From: a bacterium
GTDB lineage: Bacteria > Krumholzibacteriota > Krumholzibacteriia > G020349025
Length of the DNA: 64,000 nt
Direction: 5' to 3'
Assembly (NCBI GenBank): GCA_031362565.1
Contig: JANLSU010000120.1
Span: forward strand, 96,001-160,000
Every line of letters begins with the position of its first letter. Position 1 is the first letter of the stretch. The translations under genes were made by a program, and so were the position numbers. The notes below the pieces were generated by a model that saw nothing but the letters and a program-made list of their open reading frames with translations, was not told where the DNA came from and made no database searches. Below, piece after piece: positions 1-10,108 of this stretch.

Positions 1-3000
1 CATCGCCCATGGCTCGGCCGTCACTTCGGACGACGGAACGTTCAAGGTCGAGTTCGTCGCGGCCCCGGATCGCTCCATCCCCGAGAAGAACGAACCAACT
101 TTCGTATACGAAATCCACGCTGATGTAACGGACACGAACGGCGAAACGCGCAGCGATGAACAGAGCGTGCGCGCCGGCTACACGGCGCTGCAGGCGTCAC
201 TCACCGCAGCGGACTGGCAGACTCCGGCGAAGCCCGTCGAGTTGACGGTCGGGACGACATCGCTGGACGGCGAGCCACAGGCGGTGCAGGGCACGCTGAA
301 AATCTACCGGCTCGTGCAACCCGCGAAGGTGGCGCGCGCCGCGGTTTCCGGGCGCGCCCGCGACCGGTATTCGGAACTCTTCGGCGAAACCGCCGAACCG
401 CAACCGGACCCTGCGGACCCGAACTCATGGGCCGCCGGTGACGTTGTAGGCGACAAGGTTTTTCAAACGGACGACAAGGGCGTTGCGAAGGTCGCCGTCC
501 GCCTGCCGGCGGGCGCGTACCGCGCGATGTTGGAAACGAGCGACCGGTTCGGCAAGCGGGTCCAGGCGCGGCTGCTGATTCAGGTCGTCAACCCCAAAGT
601 CAAACACCTGCGCACCAAAGTTGCAAACGTGTTCACGGCAATGGAATGGACCGTAGAACCCGGCGAACGCTTCGCGGCGCTTTGGGGCACCGGCTATGAC
701 AAGGGGCGGGCTTTCGTCGAGATCGAGCATCGTGGCAAGCAGTTGCGCGGCTATTGGACGCCGGCCGACCAGACTCAGGAACTCGTCGATCAGATCGTCA
801 ACGAAGACATGCGCGGCGGCTTCACCATACGCGTCACTTTCGTGCACGACAACCGCGCCTATGTCAACGAGCGCATCGTCGATGTGCCGTGGTCCAACAA
901 GGAACTCACGGTACGCTGGGAGCACTTCCGTTCCAAGCTCGATCCCGGCAAGAAAGAAACCTGGACCGCCACGGTTACGACACCCAACGACAAGAAGGCT
1001 GCCGCCGAGATGGTGGCAACGCTGTACGACGCGTCGCTGGATCAGTTCGTGGGGCACGAGTGGATGGATGGCTTCGGCGTCTTCCGCCACGAGATCCAGA
1101 ACGCCGGCACCACGTTCGCCAACTCGCGGCTCGAGTTCCAATTCATTCTGGGCGACTGGTCGCGCGCTTATCGCGAGGCCGAGCTGCGCTACCGGTCTTT
1201 CGGGTCCGACGTTGTTGAGGGCGCTTTTCCGAACCAGGTGCGCTTGGAGAAGGGCCCCTCTGCGGCCTCTGCGTGGAGGATCCAGGGCGCAGATCTGAAC
1301 CTTCCCCCCTCCTTGCCGCAGCCCGCCACGCCCATGCCTGTGACAATGCCGGGAGTGCTGTCGGAGGCCTTCGAGGTCGCCCTTCCCAAGGTCAGCCAAG
1401 CCCGCGGCCCCGACCTCAGCAAGGTCCAAGCGCGCAAGAATCTCGACGAGACGGCGTTCTTCTTCCCGCATCTGCTCGCCGACAAGAACGGCACCGTCAA
1501 ACTGGAATTCACGATGCCGGAAGCGCTGACCGAGTGGAAGTTCCTGGGCTTCGCCCATGACAGCGATCTGCGGAGTGGCCTCTTGACCGACCGGGCCGTG
1601 ACCGCCAAGGACCTCATGGTGGAACCGAATCCGCCGCGCTTCGTGCGCGAAGGCGACCAGATCGAGTTCACGGTCAAGGTCAGCAACCAGACAGCCGCCC
1701 GCCAAACCGGCCGCGTCCAGTTGATGTTTGCCAATGCGCGCAGCCTCGAATCGATGGACCGGGCGCTCGGCAACACCAAGACGGAGGTCGATTTCGACGT
1801 GCCCGGGAAGCAGTCACGTACCTACGCGTGGCGCCTCACCGTGCCGGATGGTTGTGAGTTCCTCACCTACAAGGCGGTCGGCGGAACCGCCACCTTGAGC
1901 GACGGCGAAGAGGGTTTCCTACCGGTTCTGAGCCGGCGCATCCTCGTCATCGAGTCGCTGCCGTTGCCGATCCGCGGCGCGCAAACGAAGCAATTCGAGT
2001 TCACCAAGCTGCTCGACGCCGGCAAGTCCGCCTCACTCCGCCACCAGTCGCTCACCGTGCAGATGGTTTCGCAGCCGGCGTGGTATGCGGTCATGGCACT
2101 GCCCTACTTGATGGAGTATCCGTACGAGTGCAGCGAGCAGACCTTCAATCGCCTGTATGCCAACGTCTTGGCGCGCCATATCGCCGCTTCCGATCCCAAG
2201 ATCCGGCGGGTCTTCGACCTGTGGAAGGGCACCCCGGCGCTCGACAGTCCCCTGCAGAAGAACCAAGATCTCAAGGCCGTGATGCTCGAGGAGACGCCAT
2301 GGCTGCAACAAGCGCAAGCCGAAGGCGAAGCCCGCCGCAACGTCGGCCTCTTGTTCGATTCCAACCGGCTCAACGACGAGACTGAACGGGCGCTGCAAAA
2401 GCTCTCGGACATGCAGTCGAGTGACGGCCTGTGGCCGTGGTTCCCGGGTGGGTCTTCGGACTACTACATCACGCTGTACATCACGACCGGTTTCGGCCGC
2501 TTGCGCCACCTGGGTGCCAAGGTGGACCTGGCGCCGGCCGTGAAATCGCTGCCGGCGCTCGACGGCTGGATGAACACGCGGTACCGCGACATTCTGGCGC
2601 ATGGCCACGAAGCCGATAACCATCTCGACTACACGATGGCGCTCTATCTCTACGGCCGCGGTTTCTTTTTGGCGGACCAGCCGGTGGCCGACACGTACCG
2701 CGCCGCGCTCGACTACTGGCGCGGCCAAGCACGCAAGTATTGGCTCGATCTCGGCTGCCGGCAGTCCCAGGCGCACATCGCCCTTGGCCTGCTGCGCTTC
2801 GGCGACAAGGAAACACCGCGAGCCATCATGCAATCGATCAAGGAACACAGCCTGACGAGTCCGGAACTCGGCATGTACTGGCGCGACCTGGAGCGCAGTT
2901 GGTGGTGGTATCGCGCCCCGATCGAGACCCAAGCGATGATGATCGAGGCCTTCGCCGAAGTCACTCAGGACGCTGCCGCCGTTGAAGACTGCAAGGTCTG

Positions 3001-3730
3001 GCTGTTGAAGCAGAAACAAACCCAGGACTGGAAAACGACCAAAGCGACGGCCGACGCGATCTACGGGCTCCTGCTGCAAGGCACGAACTTGCTTTCGAGC
3101 GATGCATTGGTGGAGGTTGCACTCGCCGGCAAGACGCTCCAGCCCGAGAGGATCGAGGCGGGCACCGGCTTCTACGAACAGCGTTTCACGCGCGGCGAGA
3201 TCCAGCCGGCCATGGGCCGCATCACGGTCAAGAAGACGGACGCCGGGGTGAGCTGGGGCAGCGTGCATTGGCAGTACTTGGAGGACATGGCGAAGGTGAC
3301 GCCCTACGAGGGGACGCCGCTCAAGCTCAAAAAGACGCTCTTCACCAAGGTGACGACGAAAAAAGGCCAGGTCCTGCAGCCGGTGACCGGCACGCTCGGT
3401 GTCGGGGATGAACTCGTCGTGCGCATCGAACTTCGCACCGATCGCGACATGGAATATGTCCATCTGACAGACCAACGCGGTAGCGGCACGGAGCCGGTGA
3501 GTGTGCAGAGCCGATACAAGTTTCAGGATGGCCTGGGGTACTACGAGAGCACGCGGGACACCGCCAGCCATTTCTTCATCAGCTACCTGCCGAAGGGCGT
3601 CTACGTCTTCGAGTACAGCACCCGCATTCAGAGCCGCGGTGCCTACCAGACGGGCATCGCCTCGATTCAGTCCATGTATGCGCCGGAGTTCAACAGCCAC
3701 TCCGAGAGCTTCGTCTTGGAAGTGAAGTGA
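1..3730 (+). CDS. Alpha-2-macroglobulin family protein (5'-truncated by window edge)
   Basis: Frame is open from the window start. Contains RKNLDETAFFFP, PEALTEW and NPPRFVREGD segments, the thioester motif YPYECSEQT, and the C-terminal MYAPEF. A Pro-rich bait-like stretch precedes the macroglobulin core. Confidence 0.93.
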   Translation, partial: IAHGSAVTSDDGTFKVEFVAAPDRSIPEKNEPTFVYEIHADVTDTNGETRSDEQSVRAGYTALQASLTAADWQTPAKPVELTVGTTSLDGEPQAVQGTLKIYRLVQPAKVARAAVSGRARDRYSELFGETAEPQPDPADPNSWAAGDVVGDKVFQTDDKGVAKVAVRLPAGAYRAMLETSDRFGKRVQARLLIQVVNPKVKHLRTKVANVFTAMEWTVEPGERFAALWGTGYDKGRAFVEIEHRGKQLRGYWTPADQTQELVDQIVNEDMRGGFTIRVTFVHDNRAYVNERIVDVPWSNKELTVRWEHFRSKLDPGKKETWTATVTTPNDKKAAAEMVATLYDASLDQFVGHEWMDGFGVFRHEIQNAGTTFANSRLEFQFILGDWSRAYREAELRYRSFGSDVVEGAFPNQVRLEKGPSAASAWRIQGADLNLPPSLPQPATPMPVTMPGVLSEAFEVALPKVSQARGPDLSKVQARKNLDETAFFFPHLLADKNGTVKLEFTMPEALTEWKFLGFAHDSDLRSGLLTDRAVTAKDLMVEPNPPRFVREGDQIEFTVKVSNQTAARQTGRVQLMFANARSLESMDRALGNTKTEVDFDVPGKQSRTYAWRLTVPDGCEFLTYKAVGGTATLSDGEEGFLPVLSRRILVIESLPLPIRGAQTKQFEFTKLLDAGKSASLRHQSLTVQMVSQPAWYAVMALPYLMEYPYECSEQTFNRLYANVLARHIAASDPKIRRVFDLWKGTPALDSPLQKNQDLKAVMLEETPWLQQAQAEGEARRNVGLLFDSNRLNDETERALQKLSDMQSSDGLWPWFPGGSSDYYITLYITTGFGRLRHLGAKVDLAPAVKSLPALDGWMNTRYRDILAHGHEADNHLDYTMALYLYGRGFFLADQPVADTYRAALDYWRGQARKYWLDLGCRQSQAHIALGLLRFGDKETPRAIMQSIKEHSLTSPELGMYWRDLERSWWWYRAPIETQAMMIEAFAEVTQDAAAVEDCKVWLLKQKQTQDWKTTKATADAIYGLLLQGTNLLSSDALVEVALAGKTLQPERIEAGTGFYEQRFTRGEIQPAMGRITVKKTDAGVSWGSVHWQYLEDMAKVTPYEGTPLKLKKTLFTKVTTKKGQVLQPVTGTLGVGDELVVRIELRTDRDMEYVHLTDQRGSGTEPVSVQSRYKFQDGLGYYESTRDTASHFFISYLPKGVYVFEYSTRIQSRGAYQTGIASIQSMYAPEFNSHSESFVLEVK

Positions 3731-3732
3731 GC

Positions 3733-4074
3733 ATGTCCCAAGCGGACGATCTGGCGTCGAGAGAGTGTGTGCCATGCCGCGGCGGGACGCCGCCAGTTGC
3801 GGCCGCGGAGCGCGATCGGCTGCACGCCCGACTCGATCCCGGTTGGAGCATCTTGGACGGCCGCCGCCTCGCCCGTGAGTTTCGATTTCCCGACTTCGCC
3901 GCCGCGCTCGCGTTCACGAACCGGGTGGGCGAAATCGCGGCGACCCAGAACCATCATCCCGACATCGCGCTCGCCTGGGGGCGCGCCGGCGTCACGATCT
4001 GGACGCACGTGATCGACGGCCTTACCGAAAACGACTTCATCCTCGCCGCCAAGATCGACCGCCTGCCCGAATGA
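3733..4074 (+). CDS. Pterin-4-alpha-carbinolamine dehydratase (PhhB family)
   Basis: CVPC N-terminus, FxDF, NHHPDI and WTHVIDGLTENDFILAAKID motifs. Alternative GTG start at 3727. Confidence 0.92.
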   Translation: MSQADDLASRECVPCRGGTPPVAAAERDRLHARLDPGWSILDGRRLAREFRFPDFAAALAFTNRVGEIAATQNHHPDIALAWGRAGVTIWTHVIDGLTENDFILAAKIDRLPE

Positions 4075-4185
4075 GCCGTGGCTTCGCAACTCGCCGTTCC
4101 GTCGGGTATAATCGATGCCGTCCCCAGAACTGCACACATGGCACGACAAACAACTCACGGGTCGACTTCACGTGCGGGTGCCCGG

Positions 4186-6147
4186 ATGAACAAGTTTCGC
4201 GTCGCCCTCAGGGCAGGCTGCCTCACGGTCGCGGTGGCCGTCCAGGCCCAGGCGCTGCCGACGAACCTCTTGGACTTCAAGCTCCCGGGTTCGCAGCCGG
4301 GCCAGTCCGGCACCGTCGAGGCACCGAGTCAATGTGTCGCCTGTCACGGCGGCTATGCCCCCAGCGTCGAACCCGATTTCACCTGGCGCGGCAGCATGAT
4401 GGCGCATGCGGCGCGCGATCCGCTCTTCCATGCGGCGCTCACGATCGCCAACCAAGACGCGCCGCAAAGCGGCGATGCGTGCATCCGCTGCCACTCGCCA
4501 TCCGGATGGCTCGAGGGGCGTTCGACCCCGACCAACGGCGCAGCGCTCACGGCCGACGACCGCCAGAGTGTTCAGTGCGCTTTCTGCCACGGACTCGTCA
4601 AGCCGGCGCCGATCGGCGTCAACCCGTATCCAGGTGACGCGACCTACACGAGTGGGACGTACTCGCAGGATCAGAGCTACCTCGCAACCCTGGCGCAGAT
4701 CCCACCGGCGTCCTCGAGCGGCATGTACGTCGTCGACTCGGGTGACGTGCGACGCGGGCCGCGCAGCGGCGTCACGTCGCCACACCCGACGGCCTATTCG
4801 CCGTTCCACGCCGAAGCGGCGCTTTGCGCCACGTGCCACGACGTCAGCAACCCGCTCTTCTCACGCGACTCGACCGGCGCCTACGTCTTGAATGCCTTCG
4901 GCCAGCCGGCGCCCAGCGCCAACCCCCTCGATCTCTTCCCCGTCGAGCGTACCTACAGCGAGTGGAAGATGAGCGCCTACAACTCGCCGGGTGGCGTCTA
5001 TGCGCCGCAGTTCGGCGGCAACCGGACCAACGTGTCGACTTGCCAGGATTGCCACATGCGGGCGGTGACCGGCAAGGCATGCAACCGGGTGAATGCGCCG
5101 GTGCGTGACGACCTCGCGCTGCACGACCTGACCGGCGGCAACACCTTTGCACCGAAACTCGTGGCGGCTCTCTACCCGGCCGAGGTCGACACCGCGCAGT
5201 TGAACGACGGCGTGCGGCGGGCCCGCTACATGCTGCAACACGCGGCATCGCTCGACTTGCAGGTATCGCCGCTGTGGACCGGCTGGCGGGCGCGCGTGCG
5301 AGTCACCAACGAGACCGGCCACAAACTGCCGTCGGGCTACGTCGAGGGCCGGCGCATGTGGGTTCGTTTGCAGGCCTGGGATGCGAGCGATTCGCTGGTG
5401 TACGAATCCGGCGCCTACGACACGACCGCTGCGGCGCTCGTGCCGGACCCCAATGCTAAAATCTATGAGTGCGATCTCGGCATCTCTGCCGAGCTCGCAC
5501 CGGTCGTCGGACTGCCGGCCGGTCCGTCGTTCCACTTCATCCTCAATGATCAGATCTACAAGGACAACCGCATTCCGCCGCGCGGCTTCACGAATGCCGG
5601 ATTTGCGTCAGTGCAAGCCCAGCCGGTGGGTGCCACGTACGCCGATGGCCAATACTGGGACGACACCGACTTCACGCTGCCGCCGACCGCCCGGCGCGTC
5701 ACTGCGACGCTTTTCTACCAAACTGCGAGCCGCGAGTACGTCGAGTTCCTGCGCGACGCGAACGTCACCGACACGCGCGGGCAGATCGTGCACGACCTGT
5801 GGCAGGCAAACGGCAAGTCGGCACCGGAGGTCATGGCCGCGGCGTCAGACACGCTGCAGCCCACGACGGATGTGGGCCCCGGCAGTGGCGAAGAGCGATT
5901 GGCGCTTGCCACGGCAACGCGACACGATGCGGTTCGATGCGCGATCTTCTTACCGCACCCAGGTCCGGTACAAGTCGTGGTCTACGACGTGCGGTCGCGC
6001 CGCGTCGCGACACTTGCCGACGGTGCGTTCACCGCCGGCCACCACACCCTCGACTGGCCGACCGGCGCCGCTCCAAGCGGCATCTACTTCGTGCACGTCC
6101 AGTCGCCGGACGGTGCGCTGACGCAAAAGGTGATCCTGCTGCACTGA
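4186..6147 (+). CDS. Secreted pentaheme cytochrome c with FlgD-Ig/T9SS-type C-terminal domain
   Basis: Signal peptide MNKFRVALR...AQA. Five CxxCH motifs (CVACH, CIRCH, CAFCH, CATCH, CQDCH), GHKLPSG motif, and tail SGIYFVHVQ...TQKVILLH. TATAAT at 4107-4112 upstream. Confidence 0.85.
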   Translation: MNKFRVALRAGCLTVAVAVQAQALPTNLLDFKLPGSQPGQSGTVEAPSQCVACHGGYAPSVEPDFTWRGSMMAHAARDPLFHAALTIANQDAPQSGDACIRCHSPSGWLEGRSTPTNGAALTADDRQSVQCAFCHGLVKPAPIGVNPYPGDATYTSGTYSQDQSYLATLAQIPPASSSGMYVVDSGDVRRGPRSGVTSPHPTAYSPFHAEAALCATCHDVSNPLFSRDSTGAYVLNAFGQPAPSANPLDLFPVERTYSEWKMSAYNSPGGVYAPQFGGNRTNVSTCQDCHMRAVTGKACNRVNAPVRDDLALHDLTGGNTFAPKLVAALYPAEVDTAQLNDGVRRARYMLQHAASLDLQVSPLWTGWRARVRVTNETGHKLPSGYVEGRRMWVRLQAWDASDSLVYESGAYDTTAAALVPDPNAKIYECDLGISAELAPVVGLPAGPSFHFILNDQIYKDNRIPPRGFTNAGFASVQAQPVGATYADGQYWDDTDFTLPPTARRVTATLFYQTASREYVEFLRDANVTDTRGQIVHDLWQANGKSAPEVMAAASDTLQPTTDVGPGSGEERLALATATRHDAVRCAIFLPHPGPVQVVVYDVRSRRVATLADGAFTAGHHTLDWPTGAAPSGIYFVHVQSPDGALTQKVILLH

Positions 6148-6317
6148 GTCGATGCGACGGCGGGCGGTTTCGGCGTGCGGCACGCGATCCCCCATCGGCA
6201 GTTTGTCATCATTCCTTGTATGCCGGCGGGCACAGCTCGACATCAGCATCATCCCGGTGTCGGTCGAGGCCGCCACATGGACCGGCGTCAAGACTCGGTT
6301 CGGCCACTGAGACAGCT

Positions 6318-8777
6318 TCAGAGCCCGTGTTCGCTCGCGACGGAGAGGACACGGCCGCGTTCGTACTCGGAGCGAATGGTGCGGGCGGCGTCCAGGAACG
6401 GCTGGCGCGTCTCGGCATCCACGCCGTGTTGGCTTGCGAGCTGCACGAGCAGTTCGGCGCGCTCGTACTCTGAATGGATCGTCGGCGCCGACTTCAACAC
6501 CGAAAGCAGGACCGGCGTGCCGACGTTGCGGCGCTCGAGCAGCGTCGCCAACACGCGCCGGTGTTCGTAGTCCGAACCCAAGTTGTCGGCGGCATTCAGG
6601 AACTCGACTCCCAACGGCTGGCTCGCTGGCTGCACTTTCAGCACTTCAATGAGCAATTCGGCGGACTCGTAGTCGGATTCGATGCCGGACGCGACTTTCA
6701 GGAGCGCCGTCGTCACCGCCGGTGATGCCGGGCCCTTCTTCAGCATGGCCGACAGAACGCGGTGGCGTTCGTAGTCCGAATCGACGGTTCCGGCTGCCTG
6801 CACGAAAGCAGCACACGTCGCATCGTCGAGCAAACGCCCGTTGCTCACCTGGACGAGCAGTTCAGCCAGTTCGTAGTCGGATTCGATGTCGTCGCCGGCC
6901 TGTTGCACAAGGCGTTGAATCGTGGCGCCATCGAGGTTGTCCATCTGGAGCAGTACCGCGTAGTACTGGCGGCGCGAATAGTCACTCTGGATCTCGTGCA
7001 CCTCGCGCATCAGACCGTCGACGCCATCACGCGCCAGGATGTTCTTGGCACGTGCCTCGGCGCCGTAGCCGGTGCGGCGGAAGAGCGTCGCCAGCGATTG
7101 CGCGAACCACTGCTGCGCCTCTGTATCGTACGGACGGGCATCGCCATCGACCCAATATTGGCGTTCGACTCCGCCGCTGGCTTGTGGCCGCAACTCGAGC
7201 CGGCGCTTCGGGTCGGCGCCCTTGTCCTCGAGTTCGAAATAGCCATCGCTGGAGATTTTGACAATGTCCGTTTGGTCGTCGTTGAAGTCGATCTTGCCCT
7301 CGGCGTCGACCTTGAGGTTCACGCCGTCGCCGCGCACCATCATCTTGAGATGGCCGTCGTCGTCTTGAATCGAGGCGGCGGTGCGGCCCTTGCCGCTGAC
7401 GTCGGTGTGCGTGCTCACGTGCGCGTGGGACGACCCTGCAACACGCGTGTCGGCCGCTGCACCGATGCTGAAAGCCGGCGCAGATTCGCCCGCCGCTTGC
7501 GCCGCCTGGGCCGTTTGGGCCGTTTGGGCCCGCGAAACTGCGGCAGGCGGCGACAGTGGCTGTGGCGCCGAAACGGACTCGGGTTCCGACTGGCTCGCGG
7601 GCGCGGGCGCGGCCGAGCCCGTTTGCTGTGGCACCTTCGGGCCGATAGCGGCGAGCGGTACGCTGATACAAAGCACCGCGATCCACGCCAGTACCGCGAG
7701 CTTGCGGGTTGGAACGGTCCGGCGCCGCTTGTCGTCCAGGATGGCGAGCAGACGCACGCTGAGTTGTGACGGTTGCGCCATTGCGACCGTCGGCGCAAGG
7801 CGCGCCGCCATCGGGCGGAGCGAACGCGACATCTCGAGCAGTTGCGTCGCATAGTCGGACGCTTTCGAGCCGCTGCGCAGCACTTGATCGTCGCACGCTC
7901 GCTCGCGTTCGAGGCGCAGTTGCGCGGCCGCGATCCACACGAGCGGATTGAACCAGTACAGGCCGCAGGCGATCTGCCCCAAGAACTGCATGGCGCAATC
8001 GTGGCGTTTGACGTGCGCCAGTTCATGCAGCAGCACCGCGCGGCGGCGTTCCGCCGGCCACTCGCCTGCATCGGCCGGCAGAAGGACGACCGGCCGCAGG
8101 AAGCCCCACGTCATCGGCATCGCCGGACCGCGAGCCCGCAGCAGGGTGATGCGGCGCCGCAGTCCGATCTCCCGGGCCAGCGATTGCGCCAAGCCCGGCA
8201 GCGCGCCCGACGTCTCGACGCCGGCCGCGCGGCACAGCATCCAGATGCCACCGATGCCGAGGCCGAGCCGCACGACGACCGCCAGCACACCCGCCGTCCA
8301 AGCGAGCAACACCCAGAGCCGCCAGTTGGCCGCGAGACTCGCGCCGCTCGCGCCGGCCGGTACGGTTGTGAGGTTGCTTGAAGGCGTGACTTGCGGGCTC
8401 GGTGTTGCGGGTGCATTGGCTTCGATCGGGTTCACTTCATGCGGCTTAGGCAGCGCGACGCTGGCAAACGTCTGTAGCACCGCCATCTGGGTGGCGTTCC
8501 GCGCCGGGCTTGGCAGCGCGGCCTGCGGCACGAGCCGTGGGACAAACGCCAGTTCCCAGCTCGGCAAGAGCGCCGAGAGGAGCGGCATCACGAGCGCGGC
8601 GCTGAGAGCCAGGCTCCAAACCAAATGGCGCACCGCGGCGCCCGTGTGGCGCAACGACCGCACCGCAAGCGCCGCGAGCCCCAACAAGACGGCGGTCTTG
8701 AGACTCGCATCGAACAGGATCCGCAGGACGTCGGTACCGGCCGCGAATTGCAAGGCGCGATCCAGGAGTGAGCCCAT
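6318..8777 (-). CDS. M56 (BlaR1/MecR1-type) membrane metallopeptidase with C-terminal helical repeat domain
   Basis: HELAHVKRHD, YWFNPLVW and ERERACDD motifs, transmembrane segments, and seven S(D/E)Y-containing repeats at the C-terminus. Confidence 0.92.
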   Translation of the reverse strand: MGSLLDRALQFAAGTDVLRILFDASLKTAVLLGLAALAVRSLRHTGAAVRHLVWSLALSAALVMPLLSALLPSWELAFVPRLVPQAALPSPARNATQMAVLQTFASVALPKPHEVNPIEANAPATPSPQVTPSSNLTTVPAGASGASLAANWRLWVLLAWTAGVLAVVVRLGLGIGGIWMLCRAAGVETSGALPGLAQSLAREIGLRRRITLLRARGPAMPMTWGFLRPVVLLPADAGEWPAERRRAVLLHELAHVKRHDCAMQFLGQIACGLYWFNPLVWIAAAQLRLERERACDDQVLRSGSKASDYATQLLEMSRSLRPMAARLAPTVAMAQPSQLSVRLLAILDDKRRRTVPTRKLAVLAWIAVLCISVPLAAIGPKVPQQTGSAAPAPASQSEPESVSAPQPLSPPAAVSRAQTAQTAQAAQAAGESAPAFSIGAAADTRVAGSSHAHVSTHTDVSGKGRTAASIQDDDGHLKMMVRGDGVNLKVDAEGKIDFNDDQTDIVKISSDGYFELEDKGADPKRRLELRPQASGGVERQYWVDGDARPYDTEAQQWFAQSLATLFRRTGYGAEARAKNILARDGVDGLMREVHEIQSDYSRRQYYAVLLQMDNLDGATIQRLVQQAGDDIESDYELAELLVQVSNGRLLDDATCAAFVQAAGTVDSDYERHRVLSAMLKKGPASPAVTTALLKVASGIESDYESAELLIEVLKVQPASQPLGVEFLNAADNLGSDYEHRRVLATLLERRNVGTPVLLSVLKSAPTIHSEYERAELLVQLASQHGVDAETRQPFLDAARTIRSEYERGRVLSVASEHGL

Positions 8778-8779
8778 GT

Positions 8780-9169
8780 TCATCGTCCTTCTTTCCTGGC
8801 CTGTTCGATCAGTTGCGACAACCGTTCGAGTTCATCGTTGGAGAGGTCCGACGACGACATGTCGAGGAGCGCCGCCATGGCCTGTTCAGTCGACCCGGCG
8901 AAAAAGGTCCGCACCAACTGCTGCATCGCCGACTGGCGCGCTTTCTCGCGCGGCACGGTCGGCAGGTACACGTAACGCGGGCCATCCTGAACGTGCTTGA
9001 TGTGATTCTTGTCCTCCAGCACCCGCAGGAGTGCACGCACCGCCGAATAGCTCGGTGGATCGGGCAGGTTGGCTTGCACGGCACCCGCCGTCGCCTTCCC
9101 CAGTCGATACAGCACGTCCATGATCTGGCGCTCGCGGCGGCTCAGAACCGGACGGGGTTTCTCGGCCAT
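8780..9169 (-). CDS. BlaI/MecI/CopY family transcriptional repressor
   Basis: LSRRERQIMDVLY, PSYSAVRALLRVLEDK and FFAGS motifs. Directly upstream of the M56 gene. Confidence 0.93.
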   Translation of the reverse strand: MAEKPRPVLSRRERQIMDVLYRLGKATAGAVQANLPDPPSYSAVRALLRVLEDKNHIKHVQDGPRYVYLPTVPREKARQSAMQQLVRTFFAGSTEQAMAALLDMSSSDLSNDELERLSQLIEQARKEGR

Positions 9170-9200
9170 TCTCGGACTCCTCCGCCAATCCCGCTATGGG

Positions 9201-9236
9201 TGCTAGAAATTTAGCTCTGTGCTAAAAATACTGCAC
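9201..9236. promoter_or_regulatory. Candidate BlaI-type operator (two related imperfect palindromes)
   Basis: GCTAgaaattTAGC (9202-9215) and GTGCtaaaaatactGCAC (9219-9236), an AT-rich patch ~30-65 bp upstream of the blaI-like start. Confidence 0.5.
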
Positions 9237-9275
9237 CTCGGCGCGCAGCGTCAAGGGCCTTTCCTCTGCGCTTGA

Positions 9276-9980
9276 TCAGGCGGTCCGGCGGCGCTGCGGG
9301 CGCCTGCGGGGCGCGGCGGGCGATGGCTTGACGGTTTCCCACAGGCGGAAGCCGCCCACGAAGGCGTTGGCGTTGTTGCCGAGGCGCGTACCGCTCGGCA
9401 GCTCGTCGAGCTTCTTGGCGTTACCGCCGCCGATGACGACACAATCCGATTCGAGTGCGGCGCGCAACCGTTCGACGACGTCCGCGACGCACTGGCGCCA
9501 CTTCTTCTTGCCAATCCGTTCGAGGCCGCGCAGACCGACGTAGTCTTCGTAGGTGCGCCCATTCTTGTAGGGCAAGTGTCCCAGCTCCATCGGTGCCAGC
9601 TGACCGTTGATGACCATCGCGGAGCCGAGCCCGGTGCCAAGCCCAAGAAACAACATGCGGCCCGTCTCATAGCTGCCGAGCGCCTGCATCGCCGCATCGT
9701 TCACGACCTTCACCGGGCAGCCGAATGCCTTTTGAAAATCGAAACCGATCCAGCCACGCGCGAGGTTGTGCGGTTCGGCCGTGATCCGATCGTCAACGAC
9801 CAGTCCGGGGTAACCGATCGAAATCACGTCGTACGGCCAACCGGCGGCAAGATGCCGAACCGCCTCCACCATGCGCTCAGGGGTCATGGTGGGCCCCGAT
9901 TCGACCTTGCGCGGCTCGGACTGGCCGCTGGCCAGCACTTTCACGTGCGTTCCGCCGACATCGATGGTGAGTACTTTCAT
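9276..9980 (-). CDS. ROK-family polyphosphate/ATP glucokinase (PpgK-like)
   Basis: IDVGGTHVK, NDAAMQALG, LGLGTGLGS, MELGHL and IGGGNAKK motifs. Start MKVLTID at 9980. Confidence 0.85.
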   Translation of the reverse strand: MKVLTIDVGGTHVKVLASGQSEPRKVESGPTMTPERMVEAVRHLAAGWPYDVISIGYPGLVVDDRITAEPHNLARGWIGFDFQKAFGCPVKVVNDAAMQALGSYETGRMLFLGLGTGLGSAMVINGQLAPMELGHLPYKNGRTYEDYVGLRGLERIGKKKWRQCVADVVERLRAALESDCVVIGGGNAKKLDELPSGTRLGNNANAFVGGFRLWETVKPSPAAPRRRPQRRRTA

Positions 9981-9983
9981 GGC

Positions 9984-10055
9984 TCCCCTTGCGGACAAAC
10001 CCAGCCGCCGACCTCCGCGGTCAAGCGATCGGCCTCGGCCGGGCCCCAGGTGCCC
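9984..10055. repeat. 72-bp direct repeat, copy 1 (duplicate of the zwf 3' end)
   Basis: Identical to 11397-11468 (tccccttgcggacaaacccagcc...gggccccaggtgccc). Confidence 0.95.
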
Positions 10056-10108
10056 TTGGTCGAAGCCGTATTCCCACATCGTGTCTCGCGCTTGCCCATG
10101 ACCACCGC

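Noticed and set aside
4139..4155. Sigma-54 promoter (TGGCACG) upstream of the multiheme cytochrome
   Set aside because: No GC at the -12 position (GG-N10-AA).
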